Shown piece by piece: positions 13,247-25,800 of a DNA stretch of 64,000 bases (the stretch's first letter is position 1; each line of letters opens with the position of its first letter). A program made the position numbers and the translations under genes. Source of the DNA: Callorhinchus milii. Lineage: Eukaryota. Location: assembly GCF_018977255.1 (NCBI RefSeq), contig NW_024704743.1:105712001-105776000 (forward strand), read 5' to 3'. The notes beneath the pieces were generated by a model that saw only the letters and a program-made list of their open reading frames with translations, was not told where the DNA came from and ran no database searches.

Positions 13247-13730
13247 GTCGAGATTGCCTCGGAGGTAAGGTCCTGTGAGTCAGTGTGATGCAATTCCCTG
13301 GAGAAAGAACTGCTTTACACGAGGTGCTTAGGCAACAACAAGAATAACTTGCATTTATATAGCGCCCTTCACAAGGGGTAGCATCCTGGAACACTAGTCA
13401 TCAGTAACGCTACTGCTTTCCAGGGAAAGGCTTCATATACTCTCTCTGCTGAGCACTAAACAGCCTGGTATCTATGTTTCACAATCACAGTCTGCCACAG
13501 GTAAATTGAATAGCTTGGCAGACGATATGCTATTTTCCTTTTCAGATTCGGATTCTCTGGGTTTAATCTTAACATGTAAGAGATGTGTCATTATCATTGA
13601 GTCGCCATGGTTAGATGTTTTCAATAAACAATTGATCAGTGAGCACAGTGTGGAAGCAATTGGATTCTGGGGAATTCCATTTTCAGTGTGGTTTCTGATC
13701 TCCAGGTATGTGAAGCTGAGATGCTATTAT
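13247..13730. repeat. Unclassified ~450-bp interspersed repeat; inverted second copy at ~9350-9410 + 10045-10440
   Basis: Collinear reverse-complement matches, e.g. tagatgttttcaataaacaattgatca vs tgatcaattgtttattgaaaacatcta. Confidence 0.8.
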
Positions 13731-13874
13731 GTAGCCCAGTAAAGTGATGGTTTAGTGTAGGCAAATGTGGCTGCCAGTTGCACCAGAAATGTAACACAAC
13801 CAACAATTAGGTTAATATGGAGGATAGTTGGTCAGTAAAAACAGGCAGACAAGATTGCCATTCAACACCTGATA

Positions 13875-15340
13875 ACATATAGGAGCAGGCTATTCGGCCC
13901 TTCGAGCCTTTCCCGCCATTGAATCATGGCTGATCTTCTAATTTAACTCCAGCTAATAACCTGACCCTGCCTCATCCCCATATCCCTTAATCCCTTTTGC
14001 AATAAGAAATATATCTATCTCAGTCTTGAATATGTTCAAGGACTGAGCCTCAACAGCCCTTTGGGGTAGTGAGTTCCATACATTCACCACCCTTTGAGTG
14101 AATAAGTTCTTCCTCAACTCAGTGCGAAAGGGCTGGCCTCTGATTTTAAGGTTGTGACCCCTGGTTTTAGTTTCTCCAACCAGGGGAAACAATCTCCCAC
14201 TATCTACTCTATCATGCCCTTTGATGATCTTATAGGTTTCTATAAGATCCCCTCTAATTCTTCTATATTCTAGAGAATATAGGCCCAAATTGGTCAGCCT
14301 ATCCTCGTAACTCAACCCCTTCATCCCCGGTACTAACCTAGTAAATCTATGCTGCACCGCCAAGGCAAGTACATCCTTCCTTAAATGAGACCAAAACTGG
14401 ACACAGTATTCCAGGTGTAGTCTCACCAGGGCCCTATACAGTTGCAGCAACACTTCCCTACTCTTATACTCTAATCCTTTCATAATGAATGCTAACATAC
14501 CGTTCGCCTTCCTAATTGTTTGCTGCACCTGCAGAATAACTTTCTGTGATTGGTGTACAAGGACACCCAAGTCCCTCTGGACGCTAACGCATTCCAATCT
14601 CTCCCCTTCTAAAAAATAACCCGCTCTACTGTTTTTGCTACCTAGGTGGATGACTTCGCACTTCCCTACATTATACTTTATCTGCCACCTACTTGCCCAA
14701 TCACCTAACCTATCTATGTCTCGCTGCATTTTTTTAATGTTGTCCTCTGTGTTGACACTTCCTCCTAGTTTTGTGTCATCCGCGAATTTAGATATATTAA
14801 CTTCGATGTCCTCATCTAGATCGTTGATGTAGATGGTAAATAGCTGAGGTCCAAGGACTGATCCTTGTGGCATTCCACTAGTCACATCCCGCCAATCTGA
14901 AAAGGACCCGTTTATTCCTACTCTTTGTTTCCTACCCGTTAACCATTCTCCAATCCATGTTAATATGCTCCCCCCAATTCCATGGGCCCTTATCTTTTGG
15001 ACTAACCTTTTATGCAGCACCTTATCGAGGCCTTCTGGAAGTCCAAATAGACCACATCCAACTGATTCACCCTTATCTAGTTTACTGGAAATATCCTCAA
15101 AAAAACTCTATGAGATTTGTCAAACATGACTTCCCTTTTGTAAAGCCATGTTGACTTGGCCTAATTATATTGTGCTCCCCTAAATACCGCACTACCACAT
15201 CCTTAATCAACGATTCTAAAATTTTTCCTTTCACTGATGTGAGACTAACTGGCCTATAGTTCCCCATCTTTTCCTTTCCACCTTTTTTAAATAGTGGTGT
15301 GACATTTGCGATCTTCCAATCCATGGGGACCTCATCCAAA
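13875..15340 (-). mobile_element. 5'-truncated, relatively young CR1 LINE with a 355-aa open RT segment
   Basis: NYRPVSLTS, PQGSVLGP, FADDTKLGG and LEYCVQFW motifs. Confidence 0.95.
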
Positions 15341-16684
15341 GGATAACACTGATCCTCCTTAAAAAAAAAATTAAGAAAACATTTCCCATTTGTCATCTAT
15401 TTCTCCCTATTCTTTTATATTCTGTCCTTCACCAATTAATACTTTCACTTTATGTTGACATTATGGGTAACCAATATTGCAGATTTTAACCTTCAGTTTG
15501 CCTTATTTCATATTATGTAAAAATAAATTATCGTCCATTTCTTTTTGTACAGTGACCATTCTACAGCGGTAACCCATGAGAATGAAAGTTGAGCACTTTT
15601 TGTACAAACAGAAAATTCAATTGTATTATTTAAATCAAACAATTGCTCTTAAGAAAAAAACTGCTACAAATGCTGCAGGTACACTCCTGGCATTTGATCT
15701 GGAATAAAATGAGCATGTTAAGGAGAGAAAATGAAAACAAAGAAAAACATCAATAAAAGTTATCAAATTGTAACTGAAGATGTGCAATAAATCTACATCC
15801 CCACAATTGCTTTTTTCAAAAAAAAACTGGCTACATTGCTGACTCCATCCCTTGGGAGGTATCATATAGTGAGAATCGTCAATATTTGTAGTTTGTTTTT
15901 TTACAAAAAGTCTGATTAACTTCTAAATAAATTGTAATTTTAGCTAGAACAGTATTGGATATTTCAGGACTAGACTCTTAGTTACCATGAGAGTATTACT
16001 TTAATACTGCACAGTTCTTGACTATTTTATGTCATGAGCATATCCATAGGTACATAGGAATGTATAGGATCACCAAAGACCCGGGAGTCCATCTGACCAG
16101 TCCTGAAATAAGAAGAGAAAAATAGAATCACTATCCTGACATGCTCGATTTCTCCTAATCATCAGTTGAATTGCTTACCAAGTGGCTCGCTAATTCCCTC
16201 TTGATCTGCCTCCAACACATCTCTCAGCAGTCTATTCACCAACTCTCTGTGTAAAATAATTGCAACTGAACTGTTTGTTCACCTTCCTGCTTTCAGCTTG
16301 AGTCTATGCCCCTTGTTCTGTAGTTGTTGACATATAGTTGTCTGTGTTAAAATATTATTCGGGCTCTCTTTATCCTTGCTCTTTAGAACCTTGAATACTT
16401 TGTAAGATCTTCCCCGTTAGATTCTCCTGAGGTGTGAACATTCTCAGTTTCTGGAGTCTCTTTCTTGGTGTTCAAGCTATCAATCTAGTTTCCCTTCACT
16501 AAACCACTCCATTGCCAAGTTATCCTTATTCTGTAATAACCAATATGACCAGAACTGTATACAGAATGTCTGATGCCATCCCAATAGAGCGCTCTACGAT
16601 ATTATGCTACAGAATAGTGCTTTATAAATGCAAGTTGTTGTACTCCAACACTATACAGGTTTAGTATTGCTTTCTGTGATGCGG

Positions 16685-17170
16685 TGCTGGGGGTATGTTG
16701 CATTGTCAGAGGTGCAGTCCTCCAGATGAGACTTTAAACCAAGGTCCCATCTGCCTGTTCAGGTGGATGTTAAAGATCCCATATCACTATTTGAAAAAAG
16801 AATGGAATTTCTCTCTTCCAGTGTTCTGGCCAACAGTCCCCCAAATAAAATTGGCCACTCACTCAGTAGCTGTTTGTAGGAGATTGGAGGAGATCCATAC
16901 TGTTAGTATGGAATTTGGCTGCCATGTTTTGCCCAAAAACAACACAATCACTCCACTTTAGAACATAAGAACATAAGAATTTGCAAGGAGAAAGAAGACC
17001 AAGGTGCATTCAGTTTGCCTTCCACCATCCTGGCAGTTGCATGACATGGCATGTCCCAAACTATTTATTATATCCTGATATTATTTCCTAACTTGACAGT
17101 ATATCCTGTGAAGCACTTTGAGGCATCCTGATAAGGTGCGATATCAAATGCAAGGATTATTATTATTATT
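16685..17170 (+). mobile_element. Deu-domain SINE interrupted by a CR1-type tail (~16960-17095)
   Basis: Core ccagatgagactttaaaccaaggtcccatctgcctgttcaggtggatgttaaagatccca. Confidence 0.8.
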
Positions 17171-17944
17171 TATGCTGCATCCCCTTTAACAATATATCCA
17201 TGATCTTGTTTGCTTTCTTTACCGCCACCACACACTATGCTTCAGTGATCTGTTCCACAGCTACTTCCAAATACCTTTCCAGTGTCCTGTCCTGGAAATT
17301 AATACCACTTAACATGGTGTCCACTTTTCTCATTTGGTAGCAGTCTCACATTGTCAGAATTGCTCTCCTAAAAATAAGATGTTAAATCTGCATGTTCAGG
17401 TACAAAGATCCCATTGTACTACAGTATTTGAAAAGAGGAGGGATTTTTTTCCGTTAATAGTCTTCTAAGTATATTGGTACTTAGAATGACTGTGGAACAA
17501 CCATTGCTGTGTGCAATATGGGTTCTCACATCTGCTTACAAAATACAGTCACTACACTTTGCAGCAATTTATTATTAATAATAATTATTATTATTAATTG
17601 ATAATAATTATTAATTAATTATGTAACAAATTAATAATTAATATTAATACTCGTTATTAATAATGATCCTTACATTATAGTGCTTATAGTGCCTTTCATG
17701 TTGGGAGGATGTCTCAAAGCTCATCACAGGATACACTGTAAAGTTTATTGACGTTTTATAGGCACATTTTCTGTGGAAAAAACATTCAGATGTTTCAACC
17801 TTTTTTGGTGTTGTATCAAATACAAGATTTATTATATATATTTAGTACTTACATAATTGTAAATTTAGAAATAAAGGAGAGAGTACACCAAATCTGATAT
17901 TTAATTCATAATACGTATACCTTAAGTCCCTTATCTGTCAACCT

Positions 17945-18205
17945 CACAAGGCAGGGCGAAACCTTGGCAAGTTTCCTTACTCCACACGCCTAAAATGATC
18001 CCTCCAAAAAACAAAACAATAATAAATTGGTCATTTTCAATTCATGACTGTTTGTGGGACACTGCTGTGTGCAATTGGCTGCCGCGTTTCACCCACAAAT
18101 ATACAGTCAATTTACTTTACAGCATATTCTGTGAAGCGCTTTGAGATGCCTAGAAGACGTGAAAAGCACTGTATCAAATGCAAGAATTATTATTATTATA
18201 TTATT
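17945..18205 (+). mobile_element. SINE family A deletion subfamily, partial head
   Basis: ctccacacgcctaaaatgatccctcc junction, family A tail. Confidence 0.85.
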
Positions 18206-19961
18206 ATCCCAACTCACAATGTGCTTAACAAACCATAGGAATGGAATTCACTCTGATAATTGGATTGTCAAACATTGCTGCAGGAGTAAAGCTTCTCACA
18301 AATCATCCCCACATAAGTTCCTAACTTCACTAGAGTTCTTGGGAGGGGGTGCAGGTGAGACAAAATTAAAACTTTTATGTGTTTCCATTATGAGTTTGCC
18401 TCCAGAGGCAAGTCCTGAAATGAAAAGGATGAGCCCCACAGTGACTGCACTCAGCAACGGTGAATATCTGATGAAAGTAATGATATACTCGAATTCTCTA
18501 AACAGGCAGTAAATAACCACCTTCTGTGCTGTAATATTCTATGATTCTATGAAATAACTGTGAAGTGAATGACCAATTTTATTCGGGGAATGTTGGCCAC
18601 TGAGAGAAACTCCCTTCTCTTTTCGAATAATGCAATGGGATCTTTAATGTCAACAACAACAAAATTAATTTTTAGAGTGCCTTTCACGTCGGGAGGATGT
18701 GATGTCCACCTGAACAGGCAGACTGAACTTGTTTTACCAGCTCATTCAAAGAATATTTTGTCCAATATAGAACCCCCAACCCTCAGCACTGCACTATAGT
18801 GTCAGCCGTCAGCCTAGGCTATATGATTCAAAGTTCTAGCATGGGGAGTGATGCATGGCATGGGACGGATTGAGGGGAAAGAAAGGGAGTAAAAAAANTT
18901 ATAATGAATAAAACACCTTTTTTAAAAAGAATACGTTTAAAAAAAAGTAGAGAAAAAGAAAATTACTGCATTTGCTCACATGTGTTATGTTTCCTATAAA
19001 GGAACACAAATTATTTTGAATCGATTGGTTTTACTGTGATAGATATATAACAATTTCTCATAATAAGTAGATTACTGTATCACAAATAGCTACAGGACCC
19101 CAGTGATTTCCACCCCAGTGGCTAGAAACCTCAGCATTCACTTGAAAGTAATCCCTATTGAAATTTGAGACATTTGTGAAGTGTAACATCAAAGCAGCAA
19201 CCGCAACCCACTAGAGATGAAAATAATGGGTTAATTAATTGAATTACTTGAGTGCATTACTTGAGTCTTGTCAATGCAGTTACATTATTTTATATACTTT
19301 TTGAATAAATTAAGATTAAATATTATGAGGCTGATTTTTTAAAAATGTAACTGGAACCATCAAAAGTGGAGCATTACCATTTCAGGATAATATAAGCTTC
19401 TAACTGCTATATATATATGTGTGTGTGTGTGTAGAAATGTATACAATCAGCATGGTTTAGATTCCAACACATCTGATTCCTCTCATTAGCACCAGCCTCA
19501 GCAGGAACATTTTACTTCTTGTACTAACCTCCAGAAGGTGAAGGGTTAAGCCACTACATTTGAACCTAGAACTTGCTAGACCAGCGTCCAACTGGTCCGA
19601 GATGAGTGATATGTAAATTGCACGTAATAGAAATTTAAAAGCTAAATTTGGGCCACTATTTGCCTTGTTGAAAAGCAATGTTGCACACAATAGGTGACTT
19701 TTGTCATCAGGCTATGTGGTTACAATTGAATTATTCTCTTCTCTAGCACCAGGGCCAGCTACCATCACTGGTGCTTACAGTGTTACAGACAGGTGGCCTG
19801 GAAGAGATGCATATGTACTGGGACATTGGGAAATTCTTCCCTATCCTAGTAAATACAGTAATCAGGATTACCGTAGATCCACTAGATCCACCTTTTGAGT
19901 AACACACCATTGCCATCTGCTCCTGTACCTAGATAAAATGATTTTATTTACTACCTTGCAG

Positions 19962-20048
19962 TCTTACTGTTAGGAATGAAGATGATGAACGAGCAAGAAG
20001 GACATCACATGAAGGGAGAGGAGAGAGCCAGCCAAACTGTGAAGAAAG
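19962..20048 (+). CDS. RGS20: RGS20-like linker exon ((C)LTVRNEDDERARRTSHEGRGESQPNCEE(S)); alternative acceptor gives start 19974
   Basis: ttgcag acceptor, phase 2-2, AG|gtatt donor. Joins the flanking exons in frame. LTVRN...SHE...EES resembles RGS20. Confidence 0.88.
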
Positions 20049-21940
20049 GTATTGTTACTCTTTAACTGTTTGCTGATATCAGTGAGTGAGGCAAGCATTA
20101 CAGTATAAAAATAAATGTGAAGTGAAAGAAGGCGTAGATTACTTTTGATTATTTTAACCCCGGGAATTATTTTACCATTCTGCCTTGAAAGCTGAGCTGC
20201 CTTGAAACTCAAGTACCAGTTAACTACAATATACTGCTTCAGCTTACACTGCCAGTGATTCCACATACTGTCTCCATCATTCTTTGTTTAGCATCAGGAT
20301 AGATTGGGTTGGATGGATCCCTTCTCATGTGGTTTATCCTGTTATACTGTCACCCTTGCTATCCAGAGGTGACCAAAAATGAAAGGGGAAATATCTTTCT
20401 CAGTGTGTGTTTCATTTGTTATACTGTCACTATCAAGTTGAAGCATTTTTTAACATCACCCAACAAGCCCTCATCACCTTAATAACATCAGGAGTGAACG
20501 AAGGGGGATGGAAGAAGATCATTTTTTTGTGGTATATTATATTGTAAATTGCAGTATATTGAGGAACACAGTATGTAAGAAGGCCATTAAGAATCTTTAT
20601 GTTATACAGTAAACTCCTGATAACGCGATCCTGGCTTAACTTGTCACTATCAGTTGAATGATCATCCTGTCAATATCCCAGCCACATTTATTTATGTATT
20701 TACACATATGCCTTACTCGACACTCTTGATAACTCGTCACCAAGCCCTTGAGCCCTTTTCCTTGGAGTGAAAAGTTATTATGTCTACTGTCTTACTCCGG
20801 AAGTGAAACATAGACGAGTCCTGTTCAGACACTTGTTTTGCCCTAGCAAAATCTCTATAGATTTAATGACCTATTCAGCCACAAAATACTCAGTCTCTGT
20901 ACTTTACAGTTTATCCTGTGAAGTACTTTGGGATGTCCTCCCAAAATGAAAAAGCACTGTACAAAATGTAAGGATTATTATTATAAAAAATCCCAATAAC
21001 AGAAGTACATATTTTTATAATACAACATCTTAACTGAAAATATTAGTAAATTATGTGTAGGAAAAACTTTCACCCCAGTTCAAACATCGGAAGTTCATAT
21101 CCTACTGTTCAGATATGCACTCTTATTTTTGGGGGCCAATATTCTCTGCTCCTTTACTCCTGACAGCTGGATTCTTTGCTGGGATCTGGTTTCACTTTTC
21201 TACTTCTTCAGAACCAGCTTCAAAATTAAGATTGAATTTAAGTATTTTCTAAGTCCTAGATATTTTGAAATGTAATGAAATGAGTGTAGGTCAAGACTCA
21301 ATTGGAATGCTAACAATCTAATCCTCTCCATCCCATGATATCTGTACAATAGCCATCAGGTTGATTGGATAAGCAGTAAGGACCGGAATGGGATCCGTTG
21401 TTGCTGGAGCAGGTTATAGATGCCGAATGGTTAAAGATGGAGAATACATGCACTTTCTGGCATCAGCCATGAATAGTTTGAAAATGCAAACATTAATATT
21501 ACTCAAAGGCATAAAATTGTGTTACTCACATTCGGATTATACACAATTAAGATACTGAAAGGATACAGTTTTCAGTTCAGTACACAGCGCTAGTTATTAA
21601 TATTAATAATAATTCTTACATTTATTATTGTGCCTTTCACGTCAGGAGGATATCTCAAAGCGTTTCAACATTAAATTGTATTGTATATTATAAAGTGAAG
21701 TAACTATGTTTTGGTGGGCATTAATTAATAACTAAGTAAACAAAAGACTGTTTGATTTATCATAAGATACCCGTATTTCGCACAACATACAACAATTCAA
21801 AATAGGACTCAGGACTCTACATGCATTTCACTGCAATTTGTAGCACATCAGTCACTTAGGAAGTTTCACCTGTAGCATCCATCCCACAAAAATTGTTATT
21901 CTGATGTAACCAGTACCCTTTCTTTCCTGATTTTTCACAG

Positions 21941-22175
21941 TCCAAAGCCAACAGTTGAAGAAGTGCGCTCCTGGGCACAATCGTTTGACAAGTTAATGAA
22001 AAGCCCTGCAGGAAGAAATGCATTCCGAGAATTTTTACGAACAGAATACAGCGAGGAGAATATGCTGTTCTGGTTATCATGTGAAGACCTAAAGAAAGAA
22101 GTCAACAAAAGTCTTATTGAGGAGAAAGCAAGATTAATATATGAGGATTATATATCCATCCTTTCACCTAAAGAG
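21941..22175 (+). CDS. RGS20: RGS box exon (PKPTVEEVRSWAQSFDKLMKSPAGRNAFREFLRTEYSEENMLFW...SILSPKE)
   Basis: tttttcacag acceptor, GAG|gtgag donor, canonical RGS domain sequence. Confidence 0.95.
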
Positions 22176-23125
22176 GTGAGTTCATGATGCTCTTATTGTT
22201 TATTAGCATTATTTAACAACATACTTATTACCTGTTATAACACGATCATCTGGGTACAATACCTCAGATCCTGTCCGACAATGAAGCACAAAAAAAAGGT
22301 GGAATCCAGATGGTCAGGTCAGCCCTGATGTCCCTTCTTGCATATTGTGTGCATGTATGCTATGCGCAGGAAGCACTGCTGATCTCACTTCCTTCATGGA
22401 ACCAAAAGTGCACATTCTCCCTCATCAATGGTCTGAGGCAGTTTCTGAGGCAGAAGGTTTACAGACATAACACGTTCACCAATATATCCATTGAATTTGA
22501 TCCACAGAAGAGGCATGATGGGCAAGGTCAACAGTATAATAGCCCAAATATACTAAAATAAATGCACTTCCTTTTTATAATTAAACACTTTCAGATGTCC
22601 TCCCGACATGAAAGGCACAATATAAATGTAAATTGTATGATTAACCTCAGGAGGGATGAAAGTTTGCTTAAGGATTGGAAATTCTAAAGAGAAATACTGT
22701 TTTCCTGGGTTCTGGAGGCTTTGTGGCCTTTTCTTTCACATATCCCTTGATATACTTTGCTCACAAAATGCAGTCAGATCACTTTACAGTACAACAACAA
22801 CAACAACAACAAGATTCCATTTATAAAGCGCCTTTCACGTCAGGAGGACGTCCCAAGGCGCTGCACAGTTGGGTCATGACCCGAGCAGGGGGGAAATGGT
22901 CAGGGTGAGGGGAGGGAAGGGAGGGAGCGAGGAGGGGGAAGAGAGTCGAGAAGAGAGCTGAAGGCTCTCTTTACTTTACAGTAAATCCTGTGAAGCACTT
23001 TAAGACATCTCAATGACATGGTAAGGTGCTATATCAAACGCAGATATTATTATTAGATACTTATCATGTATCTGTCTTTCTATTGAATGTCTCAATTAAC
23101 TCCAAATGTATAAGTTGATTCCCCA

Positions 23126-23752
23126 AGTTGGCTGACGTACTGAATGAGTACTTTGCATCTGTCTTCATAAAAGTGGACGCAGCCAACGCCACAGTGTTAG
23201 AAGAGAGGGTAGAGAAATTGGATAAGAATAAACCGAGAGGAGATACTAAAAAGGAAATACTCAAGGCATTGGAGAGGGTGCAAAGGAGATTTACCAGGAT
23301 GGTACCAGAAATGAGGGACTGGAGTTATCAGGAGAGGCTAGAAAAGCTAGGATTATTCTCCTTGGAGCAGAGAAGATTGAGAGGAGACTTAATAGAAGTT
23401 TTCAGGATTATGAGGGGATTCGATAGGGTGAATTATTTCCACTGGCGAGTGTGTCAGTAACCCAAGGACACCGATTTAAAATAGTTGTTAAAAGAAACAG
23501 AGGGGAGGTAAGGAGAATTTTTTTCACAGAGCGAGTTATTCGGATCTGGAATGCATCGCCTGAAAGGGTGGTGGAAGCCAATTCGATAACAACTTTTAAG
23601 AGAGAAGCAGATAATTATTTAGGGAAGACAAGATTGCAGGGCTATGGGGAGAGAGTGGGGCAGTGGGATTGATTTGGATAGTTCTTTTCAAAAAGCTGGC
23701 ACATACACAACGGGCCAAATGGTCTCCTTCTGTGTTGTATAATTCTATGATA
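23126..23752 (+). mobile_element. CR1 fragment with a large internal deletion
   Basis: LNEYFASVF (upstream of RT) joined near ~23262 to ALERVQRRFTRM (ORF2 C-terminus) and a CR1 3' UTR. Confidence 0.88.
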
Positions 23753-23994
23753 ACTAGAGTATAAAAGTTGCTGCCTATTCACATTGTCATTACCCTTTAT
23801 TTGCTTTTTTTGATCTATAATTTTGAACACCACAACCTCCTTGAACTCCAATAACTTTAACCCCAGTTTGCTGAGCATTTCAGTGTCATCAACCATGAAG
23901 TCAGCAGTCAGTGTAATTATTTTCATTTCTGTATTGAGCCTTATAAATGCAATATGATCCTGTGAAAGTAATATTGCTTCATCTTCTACTTTTG

Positions 23995-24490
23995 GGTGTC
24001 AGCCTGGCTCAGTTGATAGCACTCTCACCTCTGAGTCAGAAGTTTGTAATAATAATAATTATCCTCGCACCCTTGCATTTGATATAATGCCTTATCACAT
24101 CTTTGAGACGTCTCAAAGCGCTTCACAGAATATACTGTTAAGTGAATTGACCGTATATTTTGTAGGTTCAAACCCCATGGCTTTGAGCTTACATACAGTC
24201 TAGGGCCAGGCTAATACATCATTGGGGAGCAGTGTTGGAGGTGCCGTCTGCCTGTTCAGGTGGATGTGAAAGATCCCATGGCCTATCCGAAAAAAGAGTT
24301 TCTCCCACCATCCAATGATCCTTCAGATAAAATTGATAATTTACCTCTCGACTGTTCAGGGGTCATTGCTGTGTGCAAATTACCTTCGCGTTCACTTACA
24401 AATAACCAGTCATCACACTTGACAGTAAATCCTTTTGAGATATTTCATTGCCAACATCACTATATCAATTGCAATGGTTATTATTATTTA
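23995..24490 (+). mobile_element. Deu-domain SINE with an antisense family-A tail inserted in its head (~24050-24158)
   Basis: Head sequence is broken and resumes at ggttcaaacccc. Confidence 0.8.
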
Positions 24491-24984
24491 TACTGTACTC
24501 CACATTTGGTTCCATCCTTCCTATACTTAATTATTCCTTTCTCCATGCTATGATATGGTCTTTCAAAAGATCAGTTTAAAATATATTTTGCTCAAAATAT
24601 GCGCTGGTAAACATTGCTGTAAGTATCTTTGAGGACTTACTTAGGCTAACTGAGAATTTAATTACTATCAAGATCTGGAAAGATAAGTCATAAACGCAGG
24701 GTGTCTCAGTGCCCATATTATTAAATTGTCTGTGTTAATTCAATCTCTTCATGCTATTAGAGATAACAGCACATTGAAGCCAGTTCTTCCATTGTCATGA
24801 GAAGTCACCAGTTGAACAAAAACGCTCAAAACAAAATATCAAAAGTAGACAAAACGTTTAAAAAAAACTTTGCAACCATTTGACCCACTAAGATGCTGGC
24901 ATGTCAACAGTAAAACATGGACTTAAGATGCAAAAGGCCACACAAGAACATATGTAGCAGAATTTTTTGAGGATAATAATAATG

Positions 24985-25338
24985 TGGAGTGGTGTAGCTC
25001 AGCGGTTAAAGCACTCGCCTCGCAAGTGAGAGACCTGGGTTTGATTCCCAGCAGGGCGATATATTGAACAAGTTTCTTTACCCCACGCACCTGTTTACCT
25101 AGCAGTTAGTCGATTGGCGGATCACTTTTCCGGGGATAATAATTCCTTCAAAAAAAACAATAATAATTTGGTCACTTCAATCCACGACTGCTTGTGGAAC
25201 ACTGCTGTGTACAATTGTCTGCCGCTTTTTGCCCACAAATACACAGTGAATTCACTTTACAATAATTTTGGTGAAGTGTTTTGAGACATCTAGAAGATGT
25301 GAAAAGCGCTATATCAAATTGAAGGATTATTATTATAA
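24985..25338 (+). mobile_element. Full-length tRNA(Ala)-like-headed SINE (family A)
   Basis: A box TAGCTCAGCGG, anticodon arm CTCGC-CTCGCAA-GTGAG, B-box-like GGTTTGATTCC, (ATT)n tail. Confidence 0.9.
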
Positions 25339-25611
25339 TAATCAATCATCCTTGCATTTGATATAAGCCCTTATCACATCATTCAGTCGTCTCAAACCGC
25401 TTCACAGGATGTAGCGTGAAGTAGATTGACTGTGTATTTTGTGGGCGAGATTGGAAGTAGACTAGTGGATGAGGCTGATTTTACTGGAGATTTAACCCCA
25501 AATGAATTGTGGAAAAAAGTATATTCTGAAATTGAACTTATTTTACTTCTCAAAAATGTCGACGTGCAAAACAGCATTTTTTTTTATTATTTTATATTCT
25601 TCCGCAATCAG

Positions 25612-25800
25612 GTCAGCCTCGACTCCAGAGTGCGTGAAGTCATCAACAGAAACATGTTTGAACCCAGCCCTCACACGTTTGATGACGCACAGCTACAGAT
25701 TTACACGTTAATGCACAGAGACTCTTATCCAAGATTCATGAGCTCTTCCATCTACAAAATCCTGCTTCAATCCTTAATCGATACATCGTCAGAATCCTAG
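25612..25800 (+). CDS. RGS20: RGS terminal coding exon (VSLDSRVREVINRNMFEPSPHTFDDAQLQIYTLMHRDSYPRF...DTSSES*)
   Basis: T-rich tract + CAG acceptor, RGS C-terminal motif LMHRDSYPRF, TAG stop 25798-25800. Confidence 0.95.
   Translation, partial: VSLDSRVREVINRNMFEPSPHTFDDAQLQIYTLMHRDSYPRFMSSSIYKILLQSLIDTSSES

Noticed and set aside
12256..15396. RT ORFs as a host gene or novel RT system
   Set aside because: Typical 5'-truncated CR1 ORF2 remnants with frameshifts and CR1 3' tails.
15576..15680. Short ATG-led frame with a GT donor as an alternative RGS first exon
   Set aside because: Donor is phase 1 but the next exon needs phase 2, and there is no recognisable homology.
17570..17665. AT-only quasi-palindrome
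   Set aside because: Explained by expanded (ATT)n/(AAT)n sequence at the junction of two opposed SINEs.
18898..18898. Single N bases (also ~26298, 27906, 34054, 52772)
   Set aside because: All sit at homopolymer ends, so they are assembly ambiguity rather than biology.
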